A stretch of 64,000 nt of DNA from Bispira polyomma. Its lineage: Eukaryota. The DNA lies in contig OZ287758.1 of assembly GCA_965649765.1 (NCBI GenBank), forward strand, positions 13,020,001-13,084,000, given 5' to 3'. Position numbers and translations under genes: made by a program. Shown here in pieces: positions 26,456 to 39,834 of the stretch (within the stretch, counting starts at the first letter, position 1; each line of letters starts with the position of its first letter). The notes beneath the pieces are model-generated. The model was given only the letters and a program-made list of their open reading frames with translations, did no database searches and was not told the DNA's origin.

Positions 26456-27994
26456 GTAAGTTTATTTTAATTTTTAATTTTTGTATTCAAATTTTATACT
26501 CTGTTTGCAATGTCTACCTTTAGCTGGTATTCAAAGAGCTATTAGCATTTTCTTGACTCTTCAGCACCAGTAATTGAAGACAGAGGTTTCAGGAATAGAA
26601 CCCAGTGACAGATAAATCGCAATTTTAGTAGTCATCCGGGTCTGTATCGCGCCACTTAACTAAAGTGACAGATATTATATGTAACGAAAAAATCATGAAA
26701 AATTTCCAGAAATTATATCCTAATTATGAATTATTTTACCTTCACCAAATTAGCTCTGAATTCACTGACAATAGTCACAAAATAAAACCAGAAGAACAAT
26801 GGTTACATAATATATTTAAATTATAGACCTGTAGTATATTATTATTCACCAGTAAAAAAGCTATCAATCTTGAAAGTGAAAATATTAATTCATTATATGT
26901 GGTAAACAGAATACAAGTTAATCGAAGCTATCAAATATTTAACGGAGATAGAAATCAAAACATATTGAATTTTGCTCAAATGGGACATATTGACATACAG
27001 CACATAAAAGCTCATTATTCTCGAAATTGGATAATTATATTTTATAAAAAGTCACAACTGAAAGTGTTTATTTCTTTGTGTTAAATACACAAATTCTGTG
27101 TAAAGATACATGTTTATTTTGCACTCCACTCAGTAATACTTTTGTTTCACTATAATGGTGAACACATATGTTAATGTATATTTCAGAAAACAAATCAAAT
27201 GTATTTTAAGCGTTTAAACTGTTTAAATCTTGTTGTTTTTTTTCAAAAAGTTACAGCATGAAACTTATATAATGGTTTAATACTTATAGTTTAAACAATA
27301 ATTGACAAAACACCAGTACATAGTTTGTCAATTGGTATATTGTTGTTTCTTTTTATTGAACACATTGTAAACACTTGTCCTTTTAATAGTCAAGATTCCT
27401 TACTATGATTGAATGAGCATGGAATACTTAGCGGATTACTTACATATCCGTGACATAGCCATTGTGTTGTGTCCCAATAATTCATAGTTAAATACTTTGA
27501 GGAGGAAATAAGGAGTCCTAAAATAACACACATCGATAGTAAATATCTTAGGATTATGAAAAAAACCCAATGAATGGATAACAAGTATTGGTTCACATTT
27601 TTTTAAAACATAGTAGATATAAGTGTATTTATTTCTTTTGATAATAATTAGATGTTGTTATTTGACATGTTTTGTTGATATATTGGCAGCTTTACAATAG
27701 TTGTGTTGGATTATAATTTACCATAATTAAACCTGATAATGTGTACAAAAAAGAAATGGAGTAATATATATGTTTACAAGATATGCAAAATAATATCTGC
27801 ACACTGTATTTACTTAGGATAAAATTTAGGATATTTTCTGCCTGTATTTATATATAGTGGTGTATGGATTAGTATGCTGTTGATAAATTAAAGGTTATCC
27901 AGCCATCTTTAAATTACTGAATAATTCCTACATTGAAGGCGAATATGTAGACAACTTATGTTATGTAGCAAAAAGTGTATGTTATAGATGAAGC

Positions 27995-28729
27995 ATGGCA
28001 TACAATATTAACAAAGTTGCATATGTGATAGTTCCAGCCTCCAATGGAGATATCCCCAGTGAACACAAGACCAGACTGCACTCCACCAGTGCCATAGCCT
28101 TCACACCCAGACTTCTACAAAGGGAAAGGTCTTGGGCTGTGGTAGATGTAAAAAATCTGAAGTCCAAGAAACTACAAAGTCAGTCATCGGTAGATATACA
28201 TCAGATACACAATCATGATCATCAAGAACATAGTAGGACCAGGAAATGGAGTTCCAAGGCTGCACCAACCATGAAGCCATTGCTGACTGATTTGTCTAAA
28301 AGTTCCATTGCCTTACCAAAGACCAGTGTAAAGCCATCAGAAAGGAACCCAAAGTCTTCTGGTAGTGTTAAAGCGGATGCATTGAAATCACCATCTATGA
28401 GTACACTTGCTAGCAAGAGTTATTCCAGTTTCCGTGAAGAGCCGCTGTACCAAGTTGTACCAAAGCGTTCAAGTAGACCCAATACAGCATTGGGTAGTGC
28501 ATCATCGCATAGAGTTAGAGCCAACCATGGTTCAGTACCTGATGTTAGAGAACCGGTGCTTAGGCCAAGAACTGCTATGAAAGAACCATCTATAAAGACT
28601 AGACTTGCCACACAAGAGAAAGGACATAGACCAAAGACTTCTATGGAAGGAAGTAGAACCAGATCCTGGGCAGAGTTCTTTAAGCAGAAGGAGGTGTCAA
28701 AGAAAGGCAGAGCCAGTGCTGAACTAAAG
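27995..28729 (+). CDS. Coding exon (probably first) of an unidentified host gene: 245-aa basic, Ser/Lys/Arg-rich, likely disordered N-terminus
   Basis: Longest non-TE ORF. Start context agcATGG with an in-frame TGA just upstream. Ends AAG|GTGAGT (phase 0), after which the composition becomes intronic. RPNTA, RPRTA and RPKTS motifs. Confidence 0.72.
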
Positions 28730-29384
28730 GTGAGTAGTACATTGTTTGTGCAAGTAAGCTACTCCTATGATTTTATATATATACACTACAATATAGGTTT
28801 TAGTATTAGTGTTACTCTAATTCAGATGTTCAATTTTGATACCCAGATCTTAAAGTAACATTTTGAGCCACATTTTTATGTCATCATATGCAACATATGT
28901 TTTGTTTTGATTTACTTTTGACGGTTTGCTTCTTTATATAATACAGTTAGATTGATAATATTACCATTATATATATGGCTTATAAATATATTGAACAGAT
29001 CCAGATATCATACTTTTATTCATGTATCTAAAGTAGAAATGCATTTATTCTGCTGCTTCTTACTTAGCATCTACATGTAATTACTCAAATATTTTCATCT
29101 TTTGACGATTTTTAAAATTTTTTTCCACAAATGATCAAGGACCTCAAAAAATAATCAAACTCTGCTTTATACATCATTCTATTGTTTAAGCAGCCACTGA
29201 GATAATTTAGAGTAGTTAATGTTTCATTAACTATCAGGGACATTTGAATTATTATATGTTTGAAGAATATATAACTTATGACAGTCCTGATCTGTATTTT
29301 CAGTAATCTTCAATATATATAGTTCAAATACAAAAACTTAATTTTCTTACATAGTTTAGTATTTAGTATACTGTTAAGAATTGA

Positions 29385-29836
29385 AAGATTACACTGGCTT
29401 TCTATTAAATTTTGATATGTGTTCAAAACTGCCACATCGGTCTAAAAGTCTCTCAATACAGGCCTCCTAAAATACCTTAGCCAATATCTCACCCCTTACC
29501 CTCGGTCACTTAATACCCATCATGGTAATCCTAACAAATTATTGCTCATTATTATTAGTTTCTCATATTTTGAAGCCAAGTAATGGAATAATCTACCACA
29601 AGATATTATATGTTCACCTTCTCTTTCAACTTTTAAAAGTAAGCTTAAGACATATCTCTATCAAAAAAACTTATCCCTCCTAACACAGTCTTACCATCAC
29701 CGACTCCCTCTCTGGTAATGACGCTTTTGTCTGTCCACCACAAGACGATTATTGAATAACGATTTTGATTGTTGCTCCTTTGAATCCACTAATACAGAGA
29801 ATACGTGTCATTACGGAATTGATTAGATTAGATTAA
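29385..29836 (+). mobile_element. L2 LINE 3' fragment
   Basis: LHW..I, YLSQYLTPY, WNNLP..FKSKLKTYLY, and a (TTAGA)n tail. Confidence 0.8.
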
Positions 29837-31104
29837 TTCGATACATTTTGTTTATAAATTGCTATTATAATAACAATGTTGTTTAAGACTGATTACTTAT
29901 ATCTATGTCTGACATATATTTAAAGTATAGAAATAAACTATTTTCTGTGGCCACATGGCCATACAATTACCCAAAAGATATTGATACAGATTGTTCTTGA
30001 TTGATATCATCATTTACTGATTGAAATATTTTCTGTAACATATGTATTTAATGAGGCCTTACCTGGTATCAGAAAAATAATAATAAAGGATCTTAAAGAA
30101 TCTCGTGGACAGTCAATTTCCAATATATAGTCTCTATCCTGATAGGGGAAATATGCTATACAGAACTGGAATTCAGCATTATCAATTATGAGTACTGTCT
30201 TGTGTGCTGACTTTCCGTTGTGTTTCTTTCTCTATAATTTTTTAATTCCATTGTAATAGACAGTTATTCGTCTTGTTTTAATGGAATAAATAGATGACTG
30301 AAATTGGTTAAAATAAAACTGGTGTTTACAAGGCTATGTATACAGAGGTAACCATTTAACAATACTACATGTGCACGTTGTAGACACAGGTAACAAACTA
30401 CCAATTTCTATATGATGACATAGTAGCCATTTATACCTACGTTCAGTGCCATGTGCACTACCTTTATAATAACTTATAGGTCGAAGAAAATGGATAGAAA
30501 AACTACTGCCTCTTATAAATAATATATCTTCTCCTTTACAGTTTACATAGAGGAGTGATTGATTATAAATTAACAAAACTGTTTTCATTTTAGGTGCATT
30601 ATTTAAAAAAATGCATTCATTTCCTACCCAGTGCCCACAATATATAACAAAAGGAAAAAACAGTGGATGAAGTCGAATGAAGTGGCTAGTTTATTAGACT
30701 GACAGATATTAATCCTGGTTGTTTATACTACTTAAAACATGAAACATTTACACACAATATATACACTGATGTATGTACAGATTTTTTAATAATACTTACA
30801 TACCTTAGGTGGGGGAGAGCAGCCACAAAATGCCGAAGGTATCCTTCCTTAACCCACCTCTTTCCCCCGTCTCCAACCTCAAGTTTTATTAATTTTCTTA
30901 AATTATTAGTACACACACCTTACACATACGTATTTGTGTTGCTGATGGGGTATAGCTTACTTGCAGTAAATGAAGTTTATTAATTAATATAAATTATTTC
31001 ATGGTACGGTAATGTTTCCCATTTGGGGGCTGCTGTCACTCACCTTAAGTATGTAAAAATATATTACATGTATTATAGTATTATTATACATTTTAAACAT
31101 GCTT

Positions 31105-31570
31105 CATTGAGGCTAGGTATCTTCTAAAGGACAATGATAGAGCAATCGTGCAGTCCATGGATACAGTAAGGCTGTAAGGAAAAATATGGGGGTGTACAGG
31201 AGGAGACTAAGGTGGGTAAGCATGACAAAAAGATAGGTTTTATGTTTTTTCCTAAAACCGACATTAAGTGTTTCTAGTGATCTGAGGTCAACTGGGAGAC
31301 TGTTCCAGAACAAGGGGGCTGCATTAGAGAAAGCTCTGGATCCAGCCTTCAGCATGGGGTTTAACAGAAGAAATAGAAATTCTAAAACCTCTCTTCAGGC
31401 TACTGAAAGAGAGAAGGGAAGCCAGGTAGGAGGGCTGGATTAACTACAGACTTGAATGTGGTGACAAGCATTTTGAACAAAATTCTGTAGTGAGTGGAAA
31501 GCCAGTGTAGTTTTGTAATGTATAGAGTGACATCAGTGCAAGTGCCCAGGTGAAAAATGCATAAATAGTT
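31105..31570 (-). mobile_element. L2 LINE 3' fragment
   Basis: KLHWLSTHYRILFKML and AGSRAFSNAAPLFWNSLPVDLR..FRKKHKTYLF. Confidence 0.85.
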
Positions 31571-33689
31571 TTGAATGGTCTTCAGAATTATCAGTGTAAC
31601 CCATGTACATATTGTATGTATATTTGTCATGTATTTATATAGTATAAACAATTAGTATTAATATCTGTCAGTTTAATATATGTGAGTAATGCAGTCTGTC
31701 ACTTTATAGTAATTTTATTAAATCAATTATCTCAGGTGAGAAAAATCAACAAAATTGTAAAAGCTGGTATCCAGATGAAATAACACACTAGTGCATGATG
31801 CAGTATATCAAGTAAATCAAGGTGTGGATAGATTTGAATTGTCAAGTCATAGGGCATAAATAGTCAAAATAAAAACATGATTAGCTAAAAGCCAGACAAA
31901 GGGTAAATGAAAAAGATTTGTTTGTCATTCTACATCACATGATGTGGTATATTGAACTTGAATGTGTGTGTTTTTGGTAAAAATGTAAAGTGCTAAGTCA
32001 CGTTTGTATCCGTTGGAAAGTATCTATAAAATATATCAATTTCTAAATGTTGTGACCCAAGAAAGGGTTTCAAAACTAAATAAATCTTATCAAACAATCC
32101 TTCCCAGATGTGTTACACCACCATAAATTCACTTTAAGGTAATTTAGAAGAATGTTTTTGACTGCTGAATATCATTCATATATTGTCAATCGAACATTTG
32201 TGTTACAAAATGGAAACCCATTTTAATGGCTTGTGGGAGTAAATACTAATGGACTTTTGTTTTACTGTGTGCCAATATTTGTTGAACCCGTTTAACATTA
32301 ATAACTAGAGCACTAAATCAAACACAGAATCATTGCCTTTGTCTCTGGAAGGCGAGGGTAATCTATTATCTGATAAAAAATGCCTCTTACAATATACACT
32401 TTAGCATCTTAAAGCCATTCATTTGTTTAGCAACTTAATACAAAAAGTGCTCTCCTACAGAGGACTCCTTGAATATCACCAGGATGTTAGCTTATCTATA
32501 TTATTAAACAAATGACATTTTAATGCATCTTTAAAGATGATGAAAATGCTTATATCAGGAGGACAAGAGTTGATAAATATAAGATTAGATTCCGGTATCA
32601 CTAGGGACTAATAATGAAAGCCTCTGCACAGAGATATAAGTGAAAGTACATATATCTTGTATAAAGTAAGCAATCCATAGCTGTTAAACTGAATTGTTTT
32701 TTTGTGTTTATTAATCATAGACACTTTATTTTGAGGTTACGGTTACATTGCATTGACATAGACAAAATCGGTACTAAAGAAATTGGTAAAATAACAATGC
32801 AACATCTGTAGGTTTAAACAAAAACTTTTTGTGACATATAAATCAGCTACCCTATGTTATATATGACATAAATCAAGAGACGTCCTAACAATGCCACTGT
32901 TGTACTGACCACAAGTGCACTACAACCTTGAAGTATCCCATAAAAACGTCACCATGCTCAGTCATGTTAGTGTGATAATTTTTGACCCCTTAAAGGTGGT
33001 CTTGTTACCCTTAAAAGGCATGTAGAAATTGCCAAGTCTCCCCAGAAACCTAATTTTGTATTTTAAAATCAGATTACCTTTACTGTATGAGTTATTACAG
33101 TATAGAACTGCACTAAGGATGAACAATCATTAAAAGATTGGGTAGATACTTTAAAAATAAGTAATTTATATAAAGTGTTACTTAAAATACTTCACAAAGA
33201 TACAGCTAAGTAGTCCTTATCTTCAGTACACCCATAGACTGTGTCTTTTGTTTTGGAGTCCTGAGATATCACTTGTTGATTTGGTATATATTAAGTTCTC
33301 CATTTTACCAAGAGATGTTACACCCATAAAACCATTACAGAATGTGTTTGCTTCACGTGTTGTATTGTCTGAAGACAAATATATTTAGCTCTTGACACTT
33401 TTTCTTCTATTTTATGAGAACATTTTATGAGAACATTATGCCAGGATAATAACATGGTGTTTTTTTATAAAGTACAAACAGAACGGCTGATAAATGTGTG
33501 ATCCAGTGTCCATACACATGTGTGCACTTCAAGAACAGTAGCTTTATGGATACACGTCTGCTGATTTAATAGAAGATTGAGAGGTGCGAAGTTTTTCTTT
33601 ATATGTGATAATCTTGCTGTCTTACTGGTATGTTTAAAAGCAATATACATTTATATATTCTATTCTATTCAGTTCCTTATTGGCTCAAA

Positions 33690-34478
33690 TATTAGACAGA
33701 AATGGACAGTACTATGACAGTAGAATCCTCTATTACTACCATGCTATCTCTCAGCAATCTTACCAGTGGTACACCAACCTGCCTACTTATCATCTATGCT
33801 ATCTCTCAGCAATCTTACCAGTGGTACACCAACCTGCCTACTTATCATCTATGCTGTCTCTCAGCAATCTTACCAGTGGTACACCAACCTGCCTACTTAT
33901 CATCTATGCTGTCTCTCAGCAACCTTACCAGTGGTACACCAACCTGCCTACTTATCATCTATGCTGTCTCTCAGCAATCTTACCAGTGGTACACCAACCT
34001 GCCTACTTATCATCTATGCTATCTCTCAGCAATCTTACCAGTGGTACACCAACCTGCCTACTTATCATCTATGCTATCTCTCAGCAATCTTACCAGTGGT
34101 ACACCAACCTGCCTACTTATCATCTATGCTATCTCTCAGCAATCTTACCAGAGGCAATCGTCTTTCCACCTCTAATTCCCTACCCCAAAAAATCAGCTGC
34201 TTCAAAATTATTCTTAGTTGCAGCACCTGTTGAGTGGAATAGTCTCCCTACTAGTCTTCAAACTGAGACAAGCATCACAGGCTTCAGGAAAAAGGCTCAA
34301 AACACATCTGTATCTGCTCGCTGTTCTGCCTTAGCATTTGTCTGCTGGTCATGACTAAACCCTGATCGCAAACCTTTTTCCATCTATCGGACTACCCTCT
34401 TGCACACCTATTAGGATATGCGCCACAGATGATGACTAGTCATCGATTGTGGCGCTATAGAAGTAACAACATTAACAT
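33690..34478 (+). mobile_element. L2 LINE 3' fragment containing a minisatellite
   Basis: After the repeat: FLVAAPVEWNSLPTSLQ..GFRKK..KTHL. 3' stem GCGCCACA..TGTGGCGC and an (AACATT) tail. Confidence 0.85.
33741..34151 (+). repeat. 55-bp minisatellite, about 7.5 near-perfect copies
   Basis: Unit ATGCTRTCTCTCAGCAATCTTACCAGTGGTACACCAACCTGCCTACTTATCATCT starting at 33741, 33796, 33851, 33906, 33961, 34016, 34071 and 34126 (partial). Confidence 0.97.
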
Positions 34479-35007
34479 TTTCTAAACTTTTTTTATTTGA
34501 ATTTGAATTTTTTTTTTCACTTTATGAAAACAAGTTTACTCTCCCAAAAAAGAAATTTTTTTAAGATGCTCAAGTATTCCATAAGCATTCTATTACGTAA
34601 ACAGTATGGTAGTTGTCTATCTTGTTCGGATAATAGCAGTTGTCGTGTAATTAGACTCTGTAACTTTTGTGAATTGCAGCGTGTGTTTCTTTATTGTCAA
34701 ATTTAAAACTTAATAAGCTAATATAAAACAAAAAAAAACATTTTAATGTCTGTAGTTTATCCTCTATATTGGTCAAACACATTAGCAGCAAATAATGCAG
34801 GTTTAATTAAAATAGAGATGTGTAATTAACGAATATCCCAGAGCAATAATTAAATTGGATGTTTTGTCTGTGGCATCATCAATTTTGATATATAAACAAC
34901 TATAATACTTTTGGGCTGTGAGTGATTAGAATGAAGTTTTTGGTTTTGGAAAAAGAACTGACTTTGCGAATTCAGATATTATGTCACTTCTACAATTACT
35001 TTATAAA

Positions 35008-35653
35008 TGGTCATTCCACAGAAACAGCTCTATTGTCTTAAAGAACGATATACACATTTCTTTATCTAAAGGTGAACCCATGACATTACTTCTGCTTGGT
35101 CTGGGAAACATGTTGCACCCTGCTGATATTGCCAGAAACCTGGGTGTCACCTTTGACTCTGATTTCTCATTTGCTCAACATGTTCAACTGGATTGTAGGG
35201 TTTGTTTTATCCAGTTGTGAGATCTGACATAAGTGAGAAGATACCTGTCTACCTGCACTACAACCATCGTGGCAAATGCTCTGGTCATCAGTTGCCTCGA
35301 TTACTATAACTCCCATTTTTAGAGGTCTCACTAGGACACATTGCAGTGTGTCCAAAAGAGTTAGCTCGGAGATTAATGAGGAAGTCCAAGTTTACTCACA
35401 TAACTCATGTTTTAAAAACCCTCCACTGGCTGCCTATTGAGTATACAGCAATATTCAAAAACTGCTACCTTATTATATAAATATCTCAATTCAGGTATCT
35501 CACGGTATTTCAGTCCTTACTTGTCTCCCTATACATGTCAACTCAATCTCTGTACGTCCAATGGCTATATGAAATTGTCAAAATGTCTCATGAGCCTTAG
35601 AATCAGCTAGCACATAGATAAGGGCTATAAAAGTTAGATTAGATAAGATTAGA
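35008..35653 (+). mobile_element. Internally deleted L2 LINE fragment
   Basis: HSTETALL..NDIHISLSKGEP.TLLLL joined directly to LGN.LHPADIARNLGVTFDSDFSF. Also LHWLPIEY and a (TTAGA)n tail. Confidence 0.85.
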
Positions 35654-35746
35654 GGAAATCACTTTACTATAATTAATGACATTATAGGTGTATTAAATGT
35701 GTAACATTATCTTATCCAATACTTAATACTGATCAAGGCCATAGTA

Positions 35747-36445
35747 TTCTAACCACCGATCTGGAGGATACTTGGTTTAGGGTGCGCTACGCCGCTGCCG
35801 CTGAGAGATTTTCGCTGTTATCACTCTCAGCGGAAAACTAGACCAGCTAGCTTCACCAAATTTGCAGGATATCCTTATTGGGCGGTAAGATTCTCTGCGA
35901 CTGAAATTAGCCTCATTCTGAAAAACAAGATGGCCGCCATTGGCATTTCTTTTAAAATTATCCACCTTTTTCTACTGGCTGGTTCTCGTAACTAGAAGGT
36001 TAAATCTCTTCACAGGGGATATATATACCAGATATATGTCCTCTACAAGCATGCAGACATTTGACCACATAGTGAACTTTAAAAGTGCCTATATCTCCCT
36101 TATTATTGGTCCTAGAGGTTTGGCACATGAGCCTACCTATAGGAAATCATGGCCTAGGAATCTTCTGATGTGGTCAGGTTTGACCTTGGGCCCCTCATTC
36201 AAGGTTAAATGACAATAGCCATACTTAAAAGTGCTTACAACTCGCTCATCATTGGTCCTAAATGTTTCCAATGTGAAACCAACTTATAGGTAATCATGGG
36301 CTGAGAATCTTCTGATGTGGTCAGATTTGGGCCCCTCCTTCAAGGTCAGACGAGGGTAGCCATAGTCTGGATGTTTCCTACCTAAGGGGTTCTGTCTTTC
36401 TGATGGATACAAATATGCATCGATTCTCCGATGCGCTAGGTCTAG
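35747..36445 (+). mobile_element. Helitron/Helentron-like non-autonomous element (HINE/pearl-like), copy A, with 2 core repeats of about 146 bp
   Basis: 5' imperfect palindrome and (CCG)-like microsatellite, TGACC-rich cores, 3' hairpin GCATCG-attctc-CGATGC (36417-36434), then CTAG followed by T. Homologous to 51884-52814. Confidence 0.8.
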
Positions 36446-36837
36446 TTTATTATTGATCTATTTAAAGCAAGACTAAAGTAAAAAGCACATCACTTTTAGT
36501 GTTTACAGACCAATTATGTAGTGTTGAGAAACAAATAATGGCCCTGTGATTCCTCTATTTACTTAGGTTATTGCAAGAATCCTCTGTCAAAGTACAATGG
36601 CTTTTAGTGTCATGAAAGGAAGCCCTAATTGGTACTTATAGAGATAGCATTCTCTCCAAGTGGCCATGGTATGCGTCGATCTTTATTGTAGCTATTCAGC
36701 TTGATGTGTTAAGGAGATACTTGATCTCAAGTCCATAGTGATTTGTAGTACACAGCGGTCAGCACTAAAACATATGGTATAAACAATGTTGATTGTGTGC
36801 TCGGTATGGAACCCGAAAAGGGACATAAAGCAAACCA

Positions 36838-37160
36838 GCTGACTACTACTTGTTCCCTCAAGGCAGTATCTCATTTGCACAGGAACAAAACAAATATTCT
36901 TTCAGTTTAGTGTGATGATAGTATCTTGGGGTAATGAGATATTATATTGTTCCCTCTTGTTAATATCTCATTCACACAAGAACGACAAAATATCTTAAGT
37001 TGATAGTATGCTGTGGGGATATGTGCTAATATTTTGAGGGAAAGAGATATTATCTTGGGATGAAGGGATAATATCTTGTGGTAACAAGATACACTAACTT
37101 AAGGTAACCAGATATTATGTTGCAGGAACAATATGAATAAATGTTGTCTAATACTCTATG
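36838..37160. repeat. Degenerate ~20-bp subrepeat element (ATCTTGNGGGAACNAGATA-like)
   Basis: Repeated tatcttg..gg.aa..agata motifs in both orientations. A similar decayed array lies at 6720-6830. Confidence 0.4.
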
Positions 37161-37974
37161 CAACTTTAAAGGCTGCATAGTTTAGGAACTTGGTAATTTA
37201 GGGGCTCCAAAGCTGTGATGATTTTTTTTTTGTATCAAATTTCTTCGGAACATTTTAACAACTGCAGCTAATCTTGCACATGTCCAAGAAAAGGAAGGTT
37301 TAAAATAATGCAAGATCAATGTTCTTTTTAGATATGTAGTCTATTCTCACAGCTGGTCCCTGCAGATGCCATAATTTTGTATTTGGTGCGTACTGAAAGA
37401 ATCAATCCGGTCTTTGTGTTAGAAAAGTTTGCTTTGGTCTGACCTGCTGAACCCGCCTTGAGTTGTTTCTAAGTGGTATATACTGTTATATTGTGTTATG
37501 TACTATAAATAGTTTTTGGGGTCATCATAGATGTATCATACTATGTTTATATTATATTTGAAAAATAATTTCTATATATATTCCAGAAATAAGACCTGGT
37601 TGTTTATATACCCTACATAAGAATATGTAATTACAGTACAAGTGCTGTTTGCTCAGCTCAGCTATTGATAAATTATTCATGACTGTACACACACATACAA
37701 CACAAACACATCAAATTGTAAAACGGTGTCTGGAACATTGGAGAAGTTCACAGCAAAATTCATCAAAGTGACTAACTCATCATTTCAATTGATAAAATAT
37801 CTCCAATTTATTTTAATAATTAAATCACACCCACTACTCACTGGTTAAAGATTTAAAATAAATATTAGATTTCTTCTGGTTTCAATGTAGTAATACATAA
37901 ATAAATATTAAGCCATTTGCTTAATCTCCGGCCTTTAGCAATTCAACTGCAAACTTAGATTACATAAGATTAGT

Positions 37975-38157
37975 TGTGGTTTAATGTCGCTTTTAACATA
38001 CTTGTGCCATTATTATGATGTGTAGTTTAAATCAGAACAGGGAAGTTCGTCAGCATGTTCCAACATGAAGGAACGAATGGGATTTGAACCGACAACTGAC
38101 ATTGGTGAGAGGCCAATAAATTTGATGCCACTTCTAACCACTTGGCGACCGCAGCCC
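37975..38157 (-). mobile_element. Old family B-related SINE
   Basis: On -: gggctgcggtcgccaagtggttag head, ggttcaaatcc box B, gcgacattaaacc end. Confidence 0.65.
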
Positions 38158-38744
38158 ATCCTATGTCAGCAGAGGTGGGAGAGGAGTGGGTTACTGCTAC
38201 AACCACTGATGCCCATTACATATGCAATGTTTGTGGAGGTGGGGATGAGAGAGTGTTGTTTCAGTGTAACAAGAAGAGGCTTATGCAACACTACAAACAT
38301 GAAAATCTTGCATAATCTTTACCTGCTTTACTTTACAGATTATAATGAAGTTAAACTAAGCATGAGTCAGGCATAAATGCTGACATATAAACAGGATTGA
38401 CTCTATTTGCCACGAATAAGGTTACTGCTTGTTAAACAAATATGTTGCTAGCAAAAGAAAATAAACAGGGAGGCTATCTTTAGAATATTATAGTTTTTAG
38501 CAATACAATGGATAAAGAAAATTTACATATATGTAATCCCAATGAAGCAACCTGACTTAATATTGGTAGATATTTGATAGAAAAGATAAGTCTCCTCATT
38601 TTTCTTCATGTCTTTAGTTTCTTTAATCATTAAAATAACCACACAGACACATTTCTTCTGCCTTCTTTGGGAATAATAAATTAAATTAAATTCTAGCACT
38701 ATCACTGTATATTTAGTAACTATACATATTTTGCATTTTAACGT

Positions 38745-38990
38745 ACCTTATTGGTGCGAGGCATCTTCTAAACCACAACAGAATCTATTAACCAATTCAG
38801 AAGTCTAATTACATAGCCAGGTCGTAAGTAAGGATGTGAGGGTGTACAAGGAGGAACTAAGAGGGGTAAGCGAGTTTTATGAGATTAGGTTTTAAGTTTT
38901 CAGCCTAAACCCAACCTAGTGATCTAAGCTCAAAATGGGAGACGATTCCTTAACATAAGGGGAACCATTCTGAGAAAGCTGTAGATCCAG
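38745..38990 (-). mobile_element. L2 LINE 3' fragment, same subfamily as 31105-31570
   Basis: Shares catcttctaaa, gggtgtaca.gagga.actaag and gagaaagct..gatccag with 31115-31345. Confidence 0.7.
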
Positions 38991-39328
38991 ACAAAATAAA
39001 TGACAGGAGTGATGACTTATGCATTGTGTGATTGAATAAGTGTGTTTAAGACTGCATTAATATCTTCCATCCCTGTTGACCTGCCCCCATAATTGATTTG
39101 TTTCATTTTTTACCCCTGGGTAATGGCAGATACCTTTATGTACCTAACCCACATATCTTAATGTCTGTACGCATAGCAAAGCTTTCTCATAAAAAACATA
39201 TATCGGAGGCCTTGGTGGTGTAGTGGTAACACACTAACCTCCCACCTCTGCAGTTTGGGTTAGACCATTTGCCCTCACATTTGTGTGGGAATGTTGGTCG
39301 TTTTAAATGCAGAAAGTCTTGACCACCT

Positions 39329-39585
39329 GGGGCCGCGGTGGCCTAGTGGTTAGCAAGCATTGCGCTTCACAATCACTGGTCTCTCACCTCTGGGCAGCGT
39401 GAGTTTGAATCCCGCCAATGCCTATGTGGAAAAGGTGGTAGTTCCTTACTGTGGGCCGCTGGTTTCAGTGCAGAACCTTGATCAACTGTATGCAGTGTTT
39501 CCTCCAGCGTTTCCAACTACCCGTCCCAATATAACCCTAAACAGGTACTAGAGTGGACGTTAAATATCCAAATTCAAATTCAAAT
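39329..39585 (+). mobile_element. Family A SINE (nested)
   Basis: Full length, with TSD TCTTGACCACCT (39317-39328) / TCTTGACAACCT (39586-39597). Confidence 0.93.
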
Positions 39586-39627
39586 TCTTGACAACCTACC
39601 GTGTACTATTTCTCCCACCAATAAAAC

Positions 39628-39834
39628 GGGGCTGCAGTGGTTGCATCTGTTACAAAATCACTTGCCTTTCACCTCTGGGGATCGAATAACACAGATTTCT
39701 TCTTTATGTGAGAAAGTTTGTCAGGTACGGTGGTTTACAGTGCTTCAGCACTGGTTTCTCCAACTACTAATCCTGGCCGTTGTAATATGACCAGCTGTTC
39801 AAATCGACATAAAACCTAAAAAATGAAATAAACT
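39628..39834 (+). mobile_element. Family B SINE (nested)
   Basis: TSD CACCAATAAAAC (39616-39627) / CATCAATAAAAC (39835-39846). Confidence 0.82.

Noticed and set aside
33680-34354. Three overlapping long ORFs / CRISPR-like periodicity
   Set aside because: A pure 55-bp tandem repeat with no unique spacers. The ORFs come from a stop-free unit inside an L2 remnant, and there are no cas genes.
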